From assembly GCA_963664325.2 (NCBI GenBank), contig CAXXDQ010000007.1, positions 288,001-352,000 on the forward strand: DNA of 64,000 nt. The letters are read 5' to 3'. Under the pieces are notes generated by a model, which saw only the letters and a list, made by a program, of their open reading frames with translations, made no database searches and was not told the DNA's origin. The translations under genes were made by a program, and so were the position numbers. This DNA is from Desulfomonilia bacterium. Its GTDB lineage: Bacteria > Desulfobacterota > Desulfomonilia > UBA1062. This document shows, in pieces, positions 30,276 to 39,588 of this stretch. Within the stretch, counting starts at the first letter, position 1, and each line of letters opens with the position of its first letter.

Positions 30276-31021
30276 TATACCTCACTTGTCTTGAGTTCTT
30301 TGTTGATAAGATACTTGGCTACTATGGCTTCATAAGGCGTTGCCGAAGGCTTGCCCTTGCTCAAATCGACCAGGGAGTCGTAGTCGGTTTTCCATACGAT
30401 GTCTCCCGGGGCGATAAAGCACAGGCTGTCAGGTTCGTAATTCTGATACAGGTTTCCGTCCTTGAAATAAAAATGCTCCTTGCTTACTATTGCAGGATAA
30501 GGCTGCATAAGCGGTGGTATGTCATTTGGCTTAAACCAGAGCTTGATCTCCCTTTCGGCGTCTTCCCTGTTTGCCGAAGCGTGAATAAGGTTGTCAAGAC
30601 GATCGCTTATTATATTGCCAGCAGCATCCTTTATAGGCACTACGGTTCCCAGCGCTCTGATGCACCCGGGCTTCTGATCGCGTGCAATGTGCGGATTGGT
30701 GTTTCCCGCGATATCCCTGATCTTCTGAATGGCGTTTTCTCCCTGATAGACGAAGGCAACGACCCTTCTTTTCCAGGGATTGTCAGGATAATGGATCTGG
30801 CCTGTAATGTATTCCAGCAATGAAGGGAAAAAGGGTTTTCCCTTGTGCTCGGCATAATGCTCTTCCGCAAGCATCCTGTTCACGCTCACTATTTTTATTG
30901 CAGCAAATCTCAGACCCGTGTGAAATTCCGACAGCATGGACAGGATGTACCCTGTCAGGGAGTTTTTCAGGGCATCGGGCTTTATCAGCACCAGGGTCTG
31001 TTCGAGATCTTTTGTCGGCAT
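30275..31021 (-). CDS. Second NDK-family protein with insertions and a C-terminal extension
   Basis: LIKPDAL, EEHYAEHKGKPFF, PGCIRA, NLIHASA; about 85 extra C-terminal residues. Confidence 0.85.
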   Translation of the reverse strand: MPTKDLEQTLVLIKPDALKNSLTGYILSMLSEFHTGLRFAAIKIVSVNRMLAEEHYAEHKGKPFFPSLLEYITGQIHYPDNPWKRRVVAFVYQGENAIQKIRDIAGNTNPHIARDQKPGCIRALGTVVPIKDAAGNIISDRLDNLIHASANREDAEREIKLWFKPNDIPPLMQPYPAIVSKEHFYFKDGNLYQNYEPDSLCFIAPGDIVWKTDYDSLVDLSKGKPSATPYEAIVAKYLINKELKTSEV

Positions 31022-31077
31022 ATATTTATTACCTCCGGAAATTTTTTAGTTTTCCTTATATCCCGATTAAGGCCATG

Positions 31078-31785
31078 TCAATCAGCCATATCATCAAACA
31101 GGCTAGGCGTCTGCTCCATGACATTGTTGAACATGAGAAATGCAAGCCTTCTTATTTCCCATTCCGCGGATTTTTCCAGCCTGAGTCCGAAGAAGTGCCT
31201 CAAGGAGCGTGCGTTTGTATAGACATAGGCGGATGTTGACCACCCGACAGGCATCAGCCTCCTTAATTCCTGATTGCGGACACCCAGAGCAGACAGACTC
31301 TCGTAGACCTCCATTACCCTTTTATGCTCGGCCTCATAAACGGCATACGCTTTCTTAACGGTATCTTCGCTGTCGATGTATTCCAGCGCCGGATAGATGA
31401 AGCAGTTCTTGTTCGCCTTGACATAACGTGTAGAGCGGAATGTCCAGCCTATGCCTATGCGGTGCCTTGTCCACTGTCCTGCAAGGGATTTTGAAACGCC
31501 TGATATGTGAAAAACAAACTGGGCCGCCTCAAGCGGTGTTTGATGTCCCCATTTGATAAGTTTTCTGTTCAGTTTCAGGTCATCCTCGTATGTTCCCTCA
31601 GATTCATGGCTCTGCCTGCCCGTATATGCGGGCAGGGTCTCGGGTGTGACGCCTGACGCTGCAAACTCGGGTGTAGGCATAGTCATTCCAACCAGCTTTA
31701 CAAGCGGTTCCTCGTTCCTGAAAAGACCTTGCCTCAGTTCCTTCCATCTTTCGATATGCTCAAGTTCCCCAGCAAAATATATCAA
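31078..31785 (-). CDS. thyX: FAD-dependent thymidylate synthase-like protein
   Basis: GHQTPLE, ISGVS, RHR..STRY, NARSLRHFFGLR..AEWEIR. Confidence 0.85.
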   Translation of the reverse strand: MIYFAGELEHIERWKELRQGLFRNEEPLVKLVGMTMPTPEFAASGVTPETLPAYTGRQSHESEGTYEDDLKLNRKLIKWGHQTPLEAAQFVFHISGVSKSLAGQWTRHRIGIGWTFRSTRYVKANKNCFIYPALEYIDSEDTVKKAYAVYEAEHKRVMEVYESLSALGVRNQELRRLMPVGWSTSAYVYTNARSLRHFFGLRLEKSAEWEIRRLAFLMFNNVMEQTPSLFDDMAD

Positions 31786-31808
31786 CTCTTTCTCCTCTTT
31801 TAATATTT

Positions 31809-32393
31809 TTAATAAGGCCTTTCAATCTTGCCGTCGGTTGAAACCCTGTCACCCTGCCAGACCCCACGGTATGGTACGGCAACGCCTTCTATGGGCATGA
31901 ACGCTATGCACAGAATCCTGAATCCCATCTGTATATCAACATCGTTATGACCCTGATGCTTCATTCCGACCGTGAGCCTGCCCTGATAGTTTGGTGAAAT
32001 AAAAGCGGTTTCAAGCGGAATGCCGGAGCGTATCAGAGTCGTGCGCGGTCTTATGTAGGCAAACAGGCCGGCCGGAAGGTTTACACGTTCGATTGTCTGG
32101 AAAAGCAGATATTCTCCCTCTTTAATCGTATAGATGCCGTCCGGTGCGGATTCAATATCCATGAGCTTCTCGATTTCCGGGGTAATCCTGGTGTCCCGCA
32201 AAAGTTCCGCCCTGCCGAGAGGTTTGAAAATGGCCCCCAGCCTGAGGTCAAGGGTTGTCCCCTCGATCCCTTCCGTCTGATCCGGTGAGAGCAGCTCGAC
32301 AAGCGGCTTAAAGGTCATTTTGCCCGTTTCATGGTCTTCGACTTCAACTCCGTTCTTCACAAGGTCGAGAATCCTGTCCGCACCCAATATCAC
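31809..32393 (-). CDS. dCTP deaminase/dUTPase-fold protein (atypical)
   Basis: MILG, LDLRLG, RPRTTLIRSG, ISPNYQG, YRGVWQG. Confidence 0.75.
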   Translation of the reverse strand: MILGADRILDLVKNGVEVEDHETGKMTFKPLVELLSPDQTEGIEGTTLDLRLGAIFKPLGRAELLRDTRITPEIEKLMDIESAPDGIYTIKEGEYLLFQTIERVNLPAGLFAYIRPRTTLIRSGIPLETAFISPNYQGRLTVGMKHQGHNDVDIQMGFRILCIAFMPIEGVAVPYRGVWQGDRVSTDGKIERPY

Positions 32394-32950
32394 TGAATCC
32401 TCCTTCGTGATGTGTCTGGCTGCAGGAACTCAACCGCGTATTTAATTATATTTTCAGTCAATTTTTTCTCTTCAAGTTTTACCTGACTAAGGGATAAGAC
32501 TTTTTTCCAATAATTATCCCGTTTTGCAACAGGAGACTCATATCCATACTCATAAATGATTTTTGAAATTCCTGACATGACAATAAGTTTTGCGCAGGTG
32601 ATGCAGGGCTCCAGCGTACAATAAATGGTGGCTCCTTCAAGCGAGACTCCTATTTTAGCAGCAAGGGCTATAGCATTTGCTTCAGCATGAGCCGAACGGC
32701 ACATATCATATTTATCAGATTTTATTGCCTTGGTATGGGCACGTCGAAAACATTTATTTTCCTCAGAACAATGTGCTTGCCCCGGCAGGGAACCGTTATA
32801 TCCTGTTGTTAAAACCTGTTTATCCTTGACGATGATTGCACCTGTTGGCCTGGATAAACAAGTTGAACGTGAAGCTGCAAGCTTGGCCAGCATCATGAAA
32901 TACTCATCCCATGTGGGTCTCTTCACTTTAGGCTCTCCTGAACTGGGCAT
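32390..32950 (-). CDS. dCMP deaminase (ComEB-like)
   Basis: RPTWDEYFM, RSTC, TGYNG, HAEANA, PCITC. Confidence 0.92.
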   Translation of the reverse strand: MPSSGEPKVKRPTWDEYFMMLAKLAASRSTCLSRPTGAIIVKDKQVLTTGYNGSLPGQAHCSEENKCFRRAHTKAIKSDKYDMCRSAHAEANAIALAAKIGVSLEGATIYCTLEPCITCAKLIVMSGISKIIYEYGYESPVAKRDNYWKKVLSLSQVKLEEKKLTENIIKYAVEFLQPDTSRRRIQ

Positions 32951-33084
32951 TCTATCCCGGAATCGGATATGTAAAAAAAATCATGTGCAGTCATTCCGGG
33001 AAATAATTCCATAACTCTATCAGAACTGGATATCAAAGCAAGTTTTAGGTTGAAATTTTTTCTTAAAAAAAAATATTTTAGTGC

Positions 33085-33098
33085 TTGACTCAAGTCAA
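33085..33098. promoter_or_regulatory. CRP/FNR-family (HcpR-type) binding palindrome
   Basis: TTGAC-TCAA-GTCAA perfect palindrome upstream of cupin-hcp. Confidence 0.7.
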
Positions 33099-33154
33099 AC
33101 CTGTTACCATCCACTCGTGTTATTTAAATGTTAATAAATTAAAGGAGAGAGAAA

Positions 33155-33481
33155 ATGATCAACCTGTATAAAGATATACCCTATGAATCCGAAACCATGG
33201 GTAAAAGGTTTCTTGTAATGAGGGATGACCTCAGGATCGTCCAGGTGGCTTTGAAGGCAGGCCAATCGATACCTGAACATGTCACGGACGGCAATGTCAG
33301 CATCCTTGTACTTAAAGGTGAACTCAATATATTTGCATCAGGCAAAAGCGAACCTGCCGCCGAAGGGTCTTTCACCGGCATCCAGTCAGATACGAAAATG
33401 CGGGTAAGCAACAACTCGGTCAATGACGCGACATTCATGATCATAAAAACGCCAAAACCCGGAACCAAGCTGCAGATATAA
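33155..33481 (+). CDS. Cupin domain protein
   Basis: LKAGQSIPEH, VLKGEL; AGGAG RBS; upstream of hcp. Confidence 0.8.
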   Translation: MINLYKDIPYESETMGKRFLVMRDDLRIVQVALKAGQSIPEHVTDGNVSILVLKGELNIFASGKSEPAAEGSFTGIQSDTKMRVSNNSVNDATFMIIKTPKPGTKLQI

Positions 33482-33503
33482 AAAATCAAGTAAGGAGGAA
33501 TAT

Positions 33504-35126
33504 ATGTTCTGTAACCAGTGTGAGCAGACGGCCAAAGGAACCGGATGCAACATATCCGGAGTGTGCGGGAAGAAACCAGAGGTATCAGCCCTAATGGATA
33601 ATCTGATTTTCGGTCTTAAGGGTTTGTCGGTTTACATGGCCATTCTAAAAGAACAGGCCGGGATATCCGATGATGCAATCAACCGTTATACTCTCGAAGC
33701 CCTGTTCAGCACCGTAACGAATGTGAATTTTGACCCTGAAAGGCTTGTGGAAATACTGAAAAATTGCCGGACCATGATCAATGCCGCAAAAAAACTCTGT
33801 GAAAGTTCAGGCGTAAAGGTCCCTGCAAACGAATATACCTCATGGGATCCGGGAACCGGTACGGATGCAATGATTGAGCAGGGTAATGCACATGGCCTGA
33901 GCACATGGAGTTCCGATCCAGATATTCTTTCGGCTATCGAAATTCTGCTTTTCGGAATAAAGGGCGTTGCAGCTTACACGGACCATGCATACCTGCTCGG
34001 GAAAAAAGACGATGAGATATTCGTCTTCATACACAAGGCCCTGGCTGCCATGACTGACAGATCGCTGAGCCTTAATGATTATGTTGAGCTTATCCTGGAG
34101 TGCGGGAAAATAAATATAAGGGCCATGGAAATTCTTAATAACGGCCACAAAGAGCATTTCGGGACCCCGGTTCCCACTTCTGTCAGCCTCGGTACCAAGG
34201 CCGGCAAGGCTATCCTTGTATCGGGCCATGATCTGCTGGATCTTGAATGCCTGCTAAAACAGACCGAAGAAAAAGGCATAAACATCTATACGCATGGAGA
34301 AATGCTGCCGGCGCATGCATATCCAGGACTTAGGAAATACAGTCATCTGGCAGGCAACTATGGCAGCGCCTGGCAGAACCAGCAGAAGGAATTTCCTGAA
34401 TTCCCGGGTGCAATTCTCATGACGACCAACTGCATTCAGAAACCTCAGGAAAGCTATTTGGAAAATATCTTCACGACAGGTCTCGTAGCCTGGCCTGGTG
34501 TGAAACACGTCACAAGGGATGATTTTTCCGCCGTGATAAACCGCGCCCTTGAACTGCCGGGTTTCACAGAACAGCCCGGCAGAAATATCACGGTGGGTTT
34601 CGGGCATGACGCAGTGCTGGGCGTCGCGGAAAGGGTCATTGCCGCAGTAAAGGACGGAGATATTAAACACTTCTTTCTAGTCGGAGGCTGCGACGGAGCA
34701 AAACCGGGCAGGAATTACTTCACGGAATTTGCCGAAAAGGTGCCTAAAGACTGTTTAATACTGACACTTGCCTGTGGCAAATACCGCTTCAACAAACTGG
34801 ATTTCGGCGACATCGGGGGCATTCCCAGGCTTCTTGATGTCGGCCAGTGCAATGATGCCTTCTCTGCTGTTCAGATTGCGCATGCTCTGGCAAACGCATT
34901 TAAATGCGGGGTAAATGATCTTCCGCTGTCATTTGTCCTGTCATGGTATGAGCAGAAGGCGGTCGCAATACTGTTGAGCCTGCTTTTCCTTGGTATTAAA
35001 AATATCAGGCTCGGTCCCACACTGCCGGCATTTGTTTCGCCAAACGTGCTTGAATTTCTGGCAAATAACTTCAATATCATGCCGATTACGACACCGGATG
35101 AGGACCTGAAGACAATCCTTGGATAA
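33504..35126 (+). CDS. hcp: Hybrid cluster protein (hydroxylamine/NO reductase)
   Basis: MFCNQCEQT..C..GVCGK, SGHDL, YTHGEMLPAH, GGCDG, GQCND, SWYEQKA. Confidence 0.97.
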   Translation: MFCNQCEQTAKGTGCNISGVCGKKPEVSALMDNLIFGLKGLSVYMAILKEQAGISDDAINRYTLEALFSTVTNVNFDPERLVEILKNCRTMINAAKKLCESSGVKVPANEYTSWDPGTGTDAMIEQGNAHGLSTWSSDPDILSAIEILLFGIKGVAAYTDHAYLLGKKDDEIFVFIHKALAAMTDRSLSLNDYVELILECGKINIRAMEILNNGHKEHFGTPVPTSVSLGTKAGKAILVSGHDLLDLECLLKQTEEKGINIYTHGEMLPAHAYPGLRKYSHLAGNYGSAWQNQQKEFPEFPGAILMTTNCIQKPQESYLENIFTTGLVAWPGVKHVTRDDFSAVINRALELPGFTEQPGRNITVGFGHDAVLGVAERVIAAVKDGDIKHFFLVGGCDGAKPGRNYFTEFAEKVPKDCLILTLACGKYRFNKLDFGDIGGIPRLLDVGQCNDAFSAVQIAHALANAFKCGVNDLPLSFVLSWYEQKAVAILLSLLFLGIKNIRLGPTLPAFVSPNVLEFLANNFNIMPITTPDEDLKTILG

Positions 35127-35132
35127 ATGATC

Positions 35133-35161
35133 TTCATCTCCCCTTTATGAGGGGAGATGAA
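35133..35161. terminator. Hairpin between the convergent hcp and lipoprotein genes
   Basis: TTCATCTCCCCT-TTATG-AGGGGAGATGAA perfect 12-bp stem. Confidence 0.65.
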
Positions 35162-35202
35162 TCTCTCCCCCTGAATGTTTCTCCAGCCATCGACATGCGT
35201 CT

Positions 35203-35619
35203 TCAGGATGGCAGAACAACTGTTGTAAAAGTGCTGGTATAACGCTCTCCAAACACGTTACCAAAAACATCTTCAACCACGGCAGTTATAATGATGGTAT
35301 ACTGAGTATCACCTTCAAGATCATCATCGGGTGTGAACAATATCGCATTTGCAGATGCCTCGGTCAGGATTCCGCTGACAGGCACTCCTGTTGCGGTGTT
35401 GAGAACATTGAAGCCAGCTCCCAGAACGATCGTATCCCAATTCAGATTGCTGTTGAACGTCACAGTTATCGCTTGATTCAATGGAACATTCGTAGCACCG
35501 TCTGGCGGATCTACTGATGTAATCCCGAACTCCCAGCTAGAAGAATCCGTTCCGCAGGAACTTGTTATGAAAGCAAAAAATACAAGGAAAATAATATGTC
35601 TTATCTTCATATGAGACAC
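35203..35619 (-). CDS. Lipoprotein with a bacterial Ig-like (Big_5/SbsA) domain
   Basis: Lipobox TSSC; PPDGATNVPLNQAITVTFN, FTP..L..DTQYT, DVFGN. Confidence 0.8.
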   Translation of the reverse strand: MSHMKIRHIIFLVFFAFITSSCGTDSSSWEFGITSVDPPDGATNVPLNQAITVTFNSNLNWDTIVLGAGFNVLNTATGVPVSGILTEASANAILFTPDDDLEGDTQYTIIITAVVEDVFGNVFGERYTSTFTTVVLPS

Positions 35620-35725
35620 CTCCTTTAATATATGTTTCTGTTATCGGAATTTACCTGGCAATTAGTTAATACTTTTTGGGATTGAAATGACGGCCACCGG
35701 TTGTACCGGCGGCCGGTTGGAAGGT

Positions 35726-37531
35726 TTACGCGTAAAGCGAATCGATCATGTCCATATACTTCTTTAAAACCTCACGGCGCTTGAGCTTCAGTGTGGGTGT
35801 AAGCATTCCGTTCTCTGTAGTGAAGCCTTCACTCAGAAGTAAAATCTTTTTAGGAAGCTCGTAACTGGCAAATGCGTCTTTCAGATGGTTGTATATCTCT
35901 TCCTCATACATCTTGATTACGGCCGGATTCTTGACAAATTCATTCCTGTCCGCTGGCAGCCCTTTTTCCTTGGCTACCTTTTCCATAACCAGAAAATCAG
36001 GAACTACCACGCAAACCGTAAAAGGTTTGTTGAGCCCGAAAATCATCGCCTGCTCTACACTGGGCAGTAATTTTACATGCTCTTCCATTGCAGAGGGATA
36101 AACAAATTTTCCATTTTCAAGTTTGAACTGCTCCTTGATCCTGCCAGTTATATAAAGGAACCCATCCTTGTCGACAAAGGCCCTGTCACCTGTCCTCAAT
36201 CCTCCGTCTTCAGTCATTGTAGCCTTTGTTTCCTCCGGTTTGTTGTGGTAGCCCTGCATGACATTCGGACCGTAGACAACGAGCTCTCCCTCTACTGAAT
36301 CATCATCCATGCCGGTCCTGTCTATTACCAGCCTGACCTTGTCAATCGCCTTGCCGCAGCTGCCTATTTTGTAATCGGCAGGTGTGTTGACTGTCCCGGC
36401 AGGAGAAATCTCGGTCATTCCCCAGGCCTCATAGACAGGGATGCCGATATCAAACATGAATTGTGCTATATGTGCGCTGAGCGCCGCGCTTGAACTGATG
36501 GAAAGCTGAAGGTTCCCGCCGAAAAGCTCCCTCAGTTTGCTGTAAACGATCTTATCAACAATAGCCAGCTTGATAGAGTTTATCAGGCTTGATTTTCCCT
36601 GTTTAGCAAGTTCACGTTTCTTCTTGTGTTCCTCTATACCCATGTTGAAGAGCTTCTGTGCAAGACCTCCCTTATCGCTGATTTTTTTCTGGATTCCGTC
36701 ATACACCCTGTTAAATATGCGCGGAACAGAAACGAGCATGGTCGGTTTTACAAGCTGCAGATCGCCTACTATCGTTGCAGGACTTTCCGCAAAACCCGTT
36801 GAACCGCCTAGCTTGAGCAGTGTATTAAGCTCGGCGGTCTGTCCGTACGAATGCGCCCAGGGAAGGAATGACAGGGTACTGGTTTTATCATTAAGCATAT
36901 GGAATGATTTGCACAGGGCATGCACCTGGCTTGAGAAGTTGCCATGGGAAAGCAGGACCCCTTTGGGATCGCCCGTTGTCCCTGATGTATAGATCAGTCC
37001 CGCTATGTCGTCAGCTGTCGGCCTTATTGCAGGAACGATTTTTTTCAAGCCGTTATCCATGAGCTCCTGGTAGCTGTTGGGACCTTTTTCGTCGATGATT
37101 ATTACATGTTTGAGAGTTTCGATCTCTTTCATCCACGCCTGAGCGCTTTCATATATTGTCCTCTTTGACACAAACAGCACCTTCACTCCGCTGTCCTTGA
37201 GTATATATTTCTGAACCTTCTCAAGCTCGGCCTCGTACATGGGCACGAACAGGGCTCCCACACCGTAAGAGGCATAGCAGCAGACCGCCCACTCGGTACG
37301 GTTGTTTGCGATTATGCCCACAGCATCGCCCTTTTTGACTCCAAGACCTGCAAGCCCGCTTCTGATGCCGTCAACCATACGGCTGACATCCGAATAGGTT
37401 ACCCATTCATAAACCTGGCTGCTGTTTTTTGTCCCGAAAAGACGGTTGTTTGCATACTTTTTAACGCTGTCTTCAAAAATCTCAACAAGGTTATCCGGTT
37501 TATCCAATACGTACATATTTATATCCTCCAA
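35726..37531 (-). CDS. Long-chain fatty acid-CoA ligase
   Basis: IYTSGTTGDPKG, FLPWAHSYG, YEAWGMTE, RTGD, LTPTLKLKR. Confidence 0.92.
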   Translation of the reverse strand: MEDINMYVLDKPDNLVEIFEDSVKKYANNRLFGTKNSSQVYEWVTYSDVSRMVDGIRSGLAGLGVKKGDAVGIIANNRTEWAVCCYASYGVGALFVPMYEAELEKVQKYILKDSGVKVLFVSKRTIYESAQAWMKEIETLKHVIIIDEKGPNSYQELMDNGLKKIVPAIRPTADDIAGLIYTSGTTGDPKGVLLSHGNFSSQVHALCKSFHMLNDKTSTLSFLPWAHSYGQTAELNTLLKLGGSTGFAESPATIVGDLQLVKPTMLVSVPRIFNRVYDGIQKKISDKGGLAQKLFNMGIEEHKKKRELAKQGKSSLINSIKLAIVDKIVYSKLRELFGGNLQLSISSSAALSAHIAQFMFDIGIPVYEAWGMTEISPAGTVNTPADYKIGSCGKAIDKVRLVIDRTGMDDDSVEGELVVYGPNVMQGYHNKPEETKATMTEDGGLRTGDRAFVDKDGFLYITGRIKEQFKLENGKFVYPSAMEEHVKLLPSVEQAMIFGLNKPFTVCVVVPDFLVMEKVAKEKGLPADRNEFVKNPAVIKMYEEEIYNHLKDAFASYELPKKILLLSEGFTTENGMLTPTLKLKRREVLKKYMDMIDSLYA

Positions 37532-37675
37532 TCATTTATTGATTTCTGTTGTTATCATATTTCCTGTTCACGGTAATGCTATTTTAACAACTGATGATTC
37601 CAACCTGGGTTTCATTGGATCTTAAGCCTTCACTAAAAATAAGACATCTTATCAAAAAAGGAAGGGGCAGACCTA

Positions 37676-38602
37676 CTATTCTTTTATCCGCCCTGAGCTT
37701 TTCATTTTATCATACACATCCGGATAAAGTCTATTAAGACAATCAGGACACAGGCCATGTGACATATCCGCATATGAATGGTTCTGTATGTATACTGCTA
37801 CATCCTCCCAGAATCCTTCGTCGTTTCTGATTTTTTTGCAGTACATGCATATGGGTACTATGCCGCGCAGGGTTTTTATCTCCTCCAATGAAACCTGAAG
37901 TTTACGTTTTTCCAGGACAAGCTGTTCTGCATTTTTTATTATATCATCGGTACTTCTTTCGGTATGAAGCACATAAACGGTTATCGGCATAAGGCTGGCG
38001 AAAACAACGCTTATGAGAAAATACAGGGACTGTACTGTTGTCTGGGAAATGTAAAAATGTTTTTCCCAGGCGATATCAAAAGAGGCGTATATCGCCCTTA
38101 CAATCCCTATGAAGGCATAGATGGCAAACACTAAAATCCCCACAAGCCTACCCGAACCATATATCTTTTTATCCAGCCTGGACAGAATGTATGCCCCGTA
38201 ACCAAGACCGAAAACCATCGATGCCGCACTGCTTTGAAGTGCAATTATATTCTTTTTGAAAAGCACCACACCTGAAAGTGATATCAGGGAAAAACCGGCC
38301 GCTGACAAAACGTACATCCTAACCCTTGTGCCGGGGTTTTCAAAAACATTTACTGCAAAGGCAAAAAACGGCCATAGAAACGTCAGCAGGCAGATATATA
38401 TTTTCCAGATTACCGGAATTTCTGTGTATGAATAATAAAAACCGACAATATTTACAAAAATCATATACATGGTAGCAAAACTGAATATCAGTGCGGTTTT
38501 AGAATTCGTGTTCTTCCAGAGTATCAGGTAATAAATCAGCGAGAACAGCTCTATTATGTAAAGGACAACTGTTAAAGTCGGTATACTTAATTGCTGCAAC
38601 AC
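37676..38602 (-). CDS. 7-TM membrane protein with a C-terminal Cys-rich signalling-type domain
   Basis: Seven hydrophobic segments, coiled coil, IVPICMYCKKIR..W..SHGLCPDC. Confidence 0.7.
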   Translation of the reverse strand: MLQQLSIPTLTVVLYIIELFSLIYYLILWKNTNSKTALIFSFATMYMIFVNIVGFYYSYTEIPVIWKIYICLLTFLWPFFAFAVNVFENPGTRVRMYVLSAAGFSLISLSGVVLFKKNIIALQSSAASMVFGLGYGAYILSRLDKKIYGSGRLVGILVFAIYAFIGIVRAIYASFDIAWEKHFYISQTTVQSLYFLISVVFASLMPITVYVLHTERSTDDIIKNAEQLVLEKRKLQVSLEEIKTLRGIVPICMYCKKIRNDEGFWEDVAVYIQNHSYADMSHGLCPDCLNRLYPDVYDKMKSSGRIKE

Positions 38603-39169
38603 AGGAAACGTCCTTCCCCCCGGTAAAGTTTTTTAATGTGCGGCAATCATCGTGGATGTTTCAAATTCCGCATTGTATAAAGCTTCCGAGCGCCCGGTCC
38701 GGCAATCGCCAATATATTCTTTCAAAATAAATTTGCCTGTTTCCTCATCATCGCCGGGTGCTGATGAATCGCCAGGGTATGTTTTAACATAAGCTGCAAA
38801 AATGTCTTCAAGATTCTCCCATTCGATTTTCTCATCCTCTTTCAGGAGAGCTCATGTACCGATATATTCAAGCTATTAATAAAGCCCTGAAGCCCATTCA
38901 AAAATCGAGTTTAAACGTTTATGATGGTAGTGGATCAAATAAAACCATCTTGGATAAATTTCCCGTGGTTGTTATACAATCGACAAACCTATTGGTATGA
39001 AGCTCATAAGCTCTGTTAAGCCTGTATTTGACCTGGGCCTTCGGAACAAATACAAACTTTCCGCTTGTTTCTACAGAATCTAGCACTTTTCTTTCTCAGA
39101 ACGGTTGCCGTGCAATTGCTCACTTTCCAGGTTAGACACTCATTGCTTTACTACGAATAATTACAAGCA

Positions 39170-39478
39170 TCATTGAACAAAAATTATCCATGTCCTGTTC
39201 TGAGAGCTGCCACGAGGGTCTGTCACTTCAAGCTTCATCTGGTATGCGCCCTCCTTGTCAGGCGTGAATGTATAATGAAGTCCGTTGGCAGTATCCTCGA
39301 CATCCCCATAATACAGTGTCCATAAAGCATTGCTTGATTCCGGAAATACAGAGACACTGAATTCAAGGGTATCTCCCTTATCCATTGTAATAATAAAATC
39401 AGAAGGAGATGTTGAAACTATGCAGCCGTTAAGAATTAACAATGAAAGGACCAGCACCATCAGAGTAACTCTTTTCAT
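39170..39478 (-). CDS. Small lipoprotein, PKD/Ig-like
   Basis: Lipobox LNGC; YTFTPDKEGAYQMKLEVTD; GGAGG RBS. Confidence 0.7.
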   Translation of the reverse strand: MKRVTLMVLVLSLLILNGCIVSTSPSDFIITMDKGDTLEFSVSVFPESSNALWTLYYGDVEDTANGLHYTFTPDKEGAYQMKLEVTDPRGSSQNRTWIIFVQ

Positions 39479-39588
39479 TGGATCCTCCTGTTAATGTAAT
39501 TGAATACTCGGATGCAGACTTACCGTTTCACATATACCATATGGCTCAGGCATATGCAAAAAATATATGATCTTTAATTCATAATATT

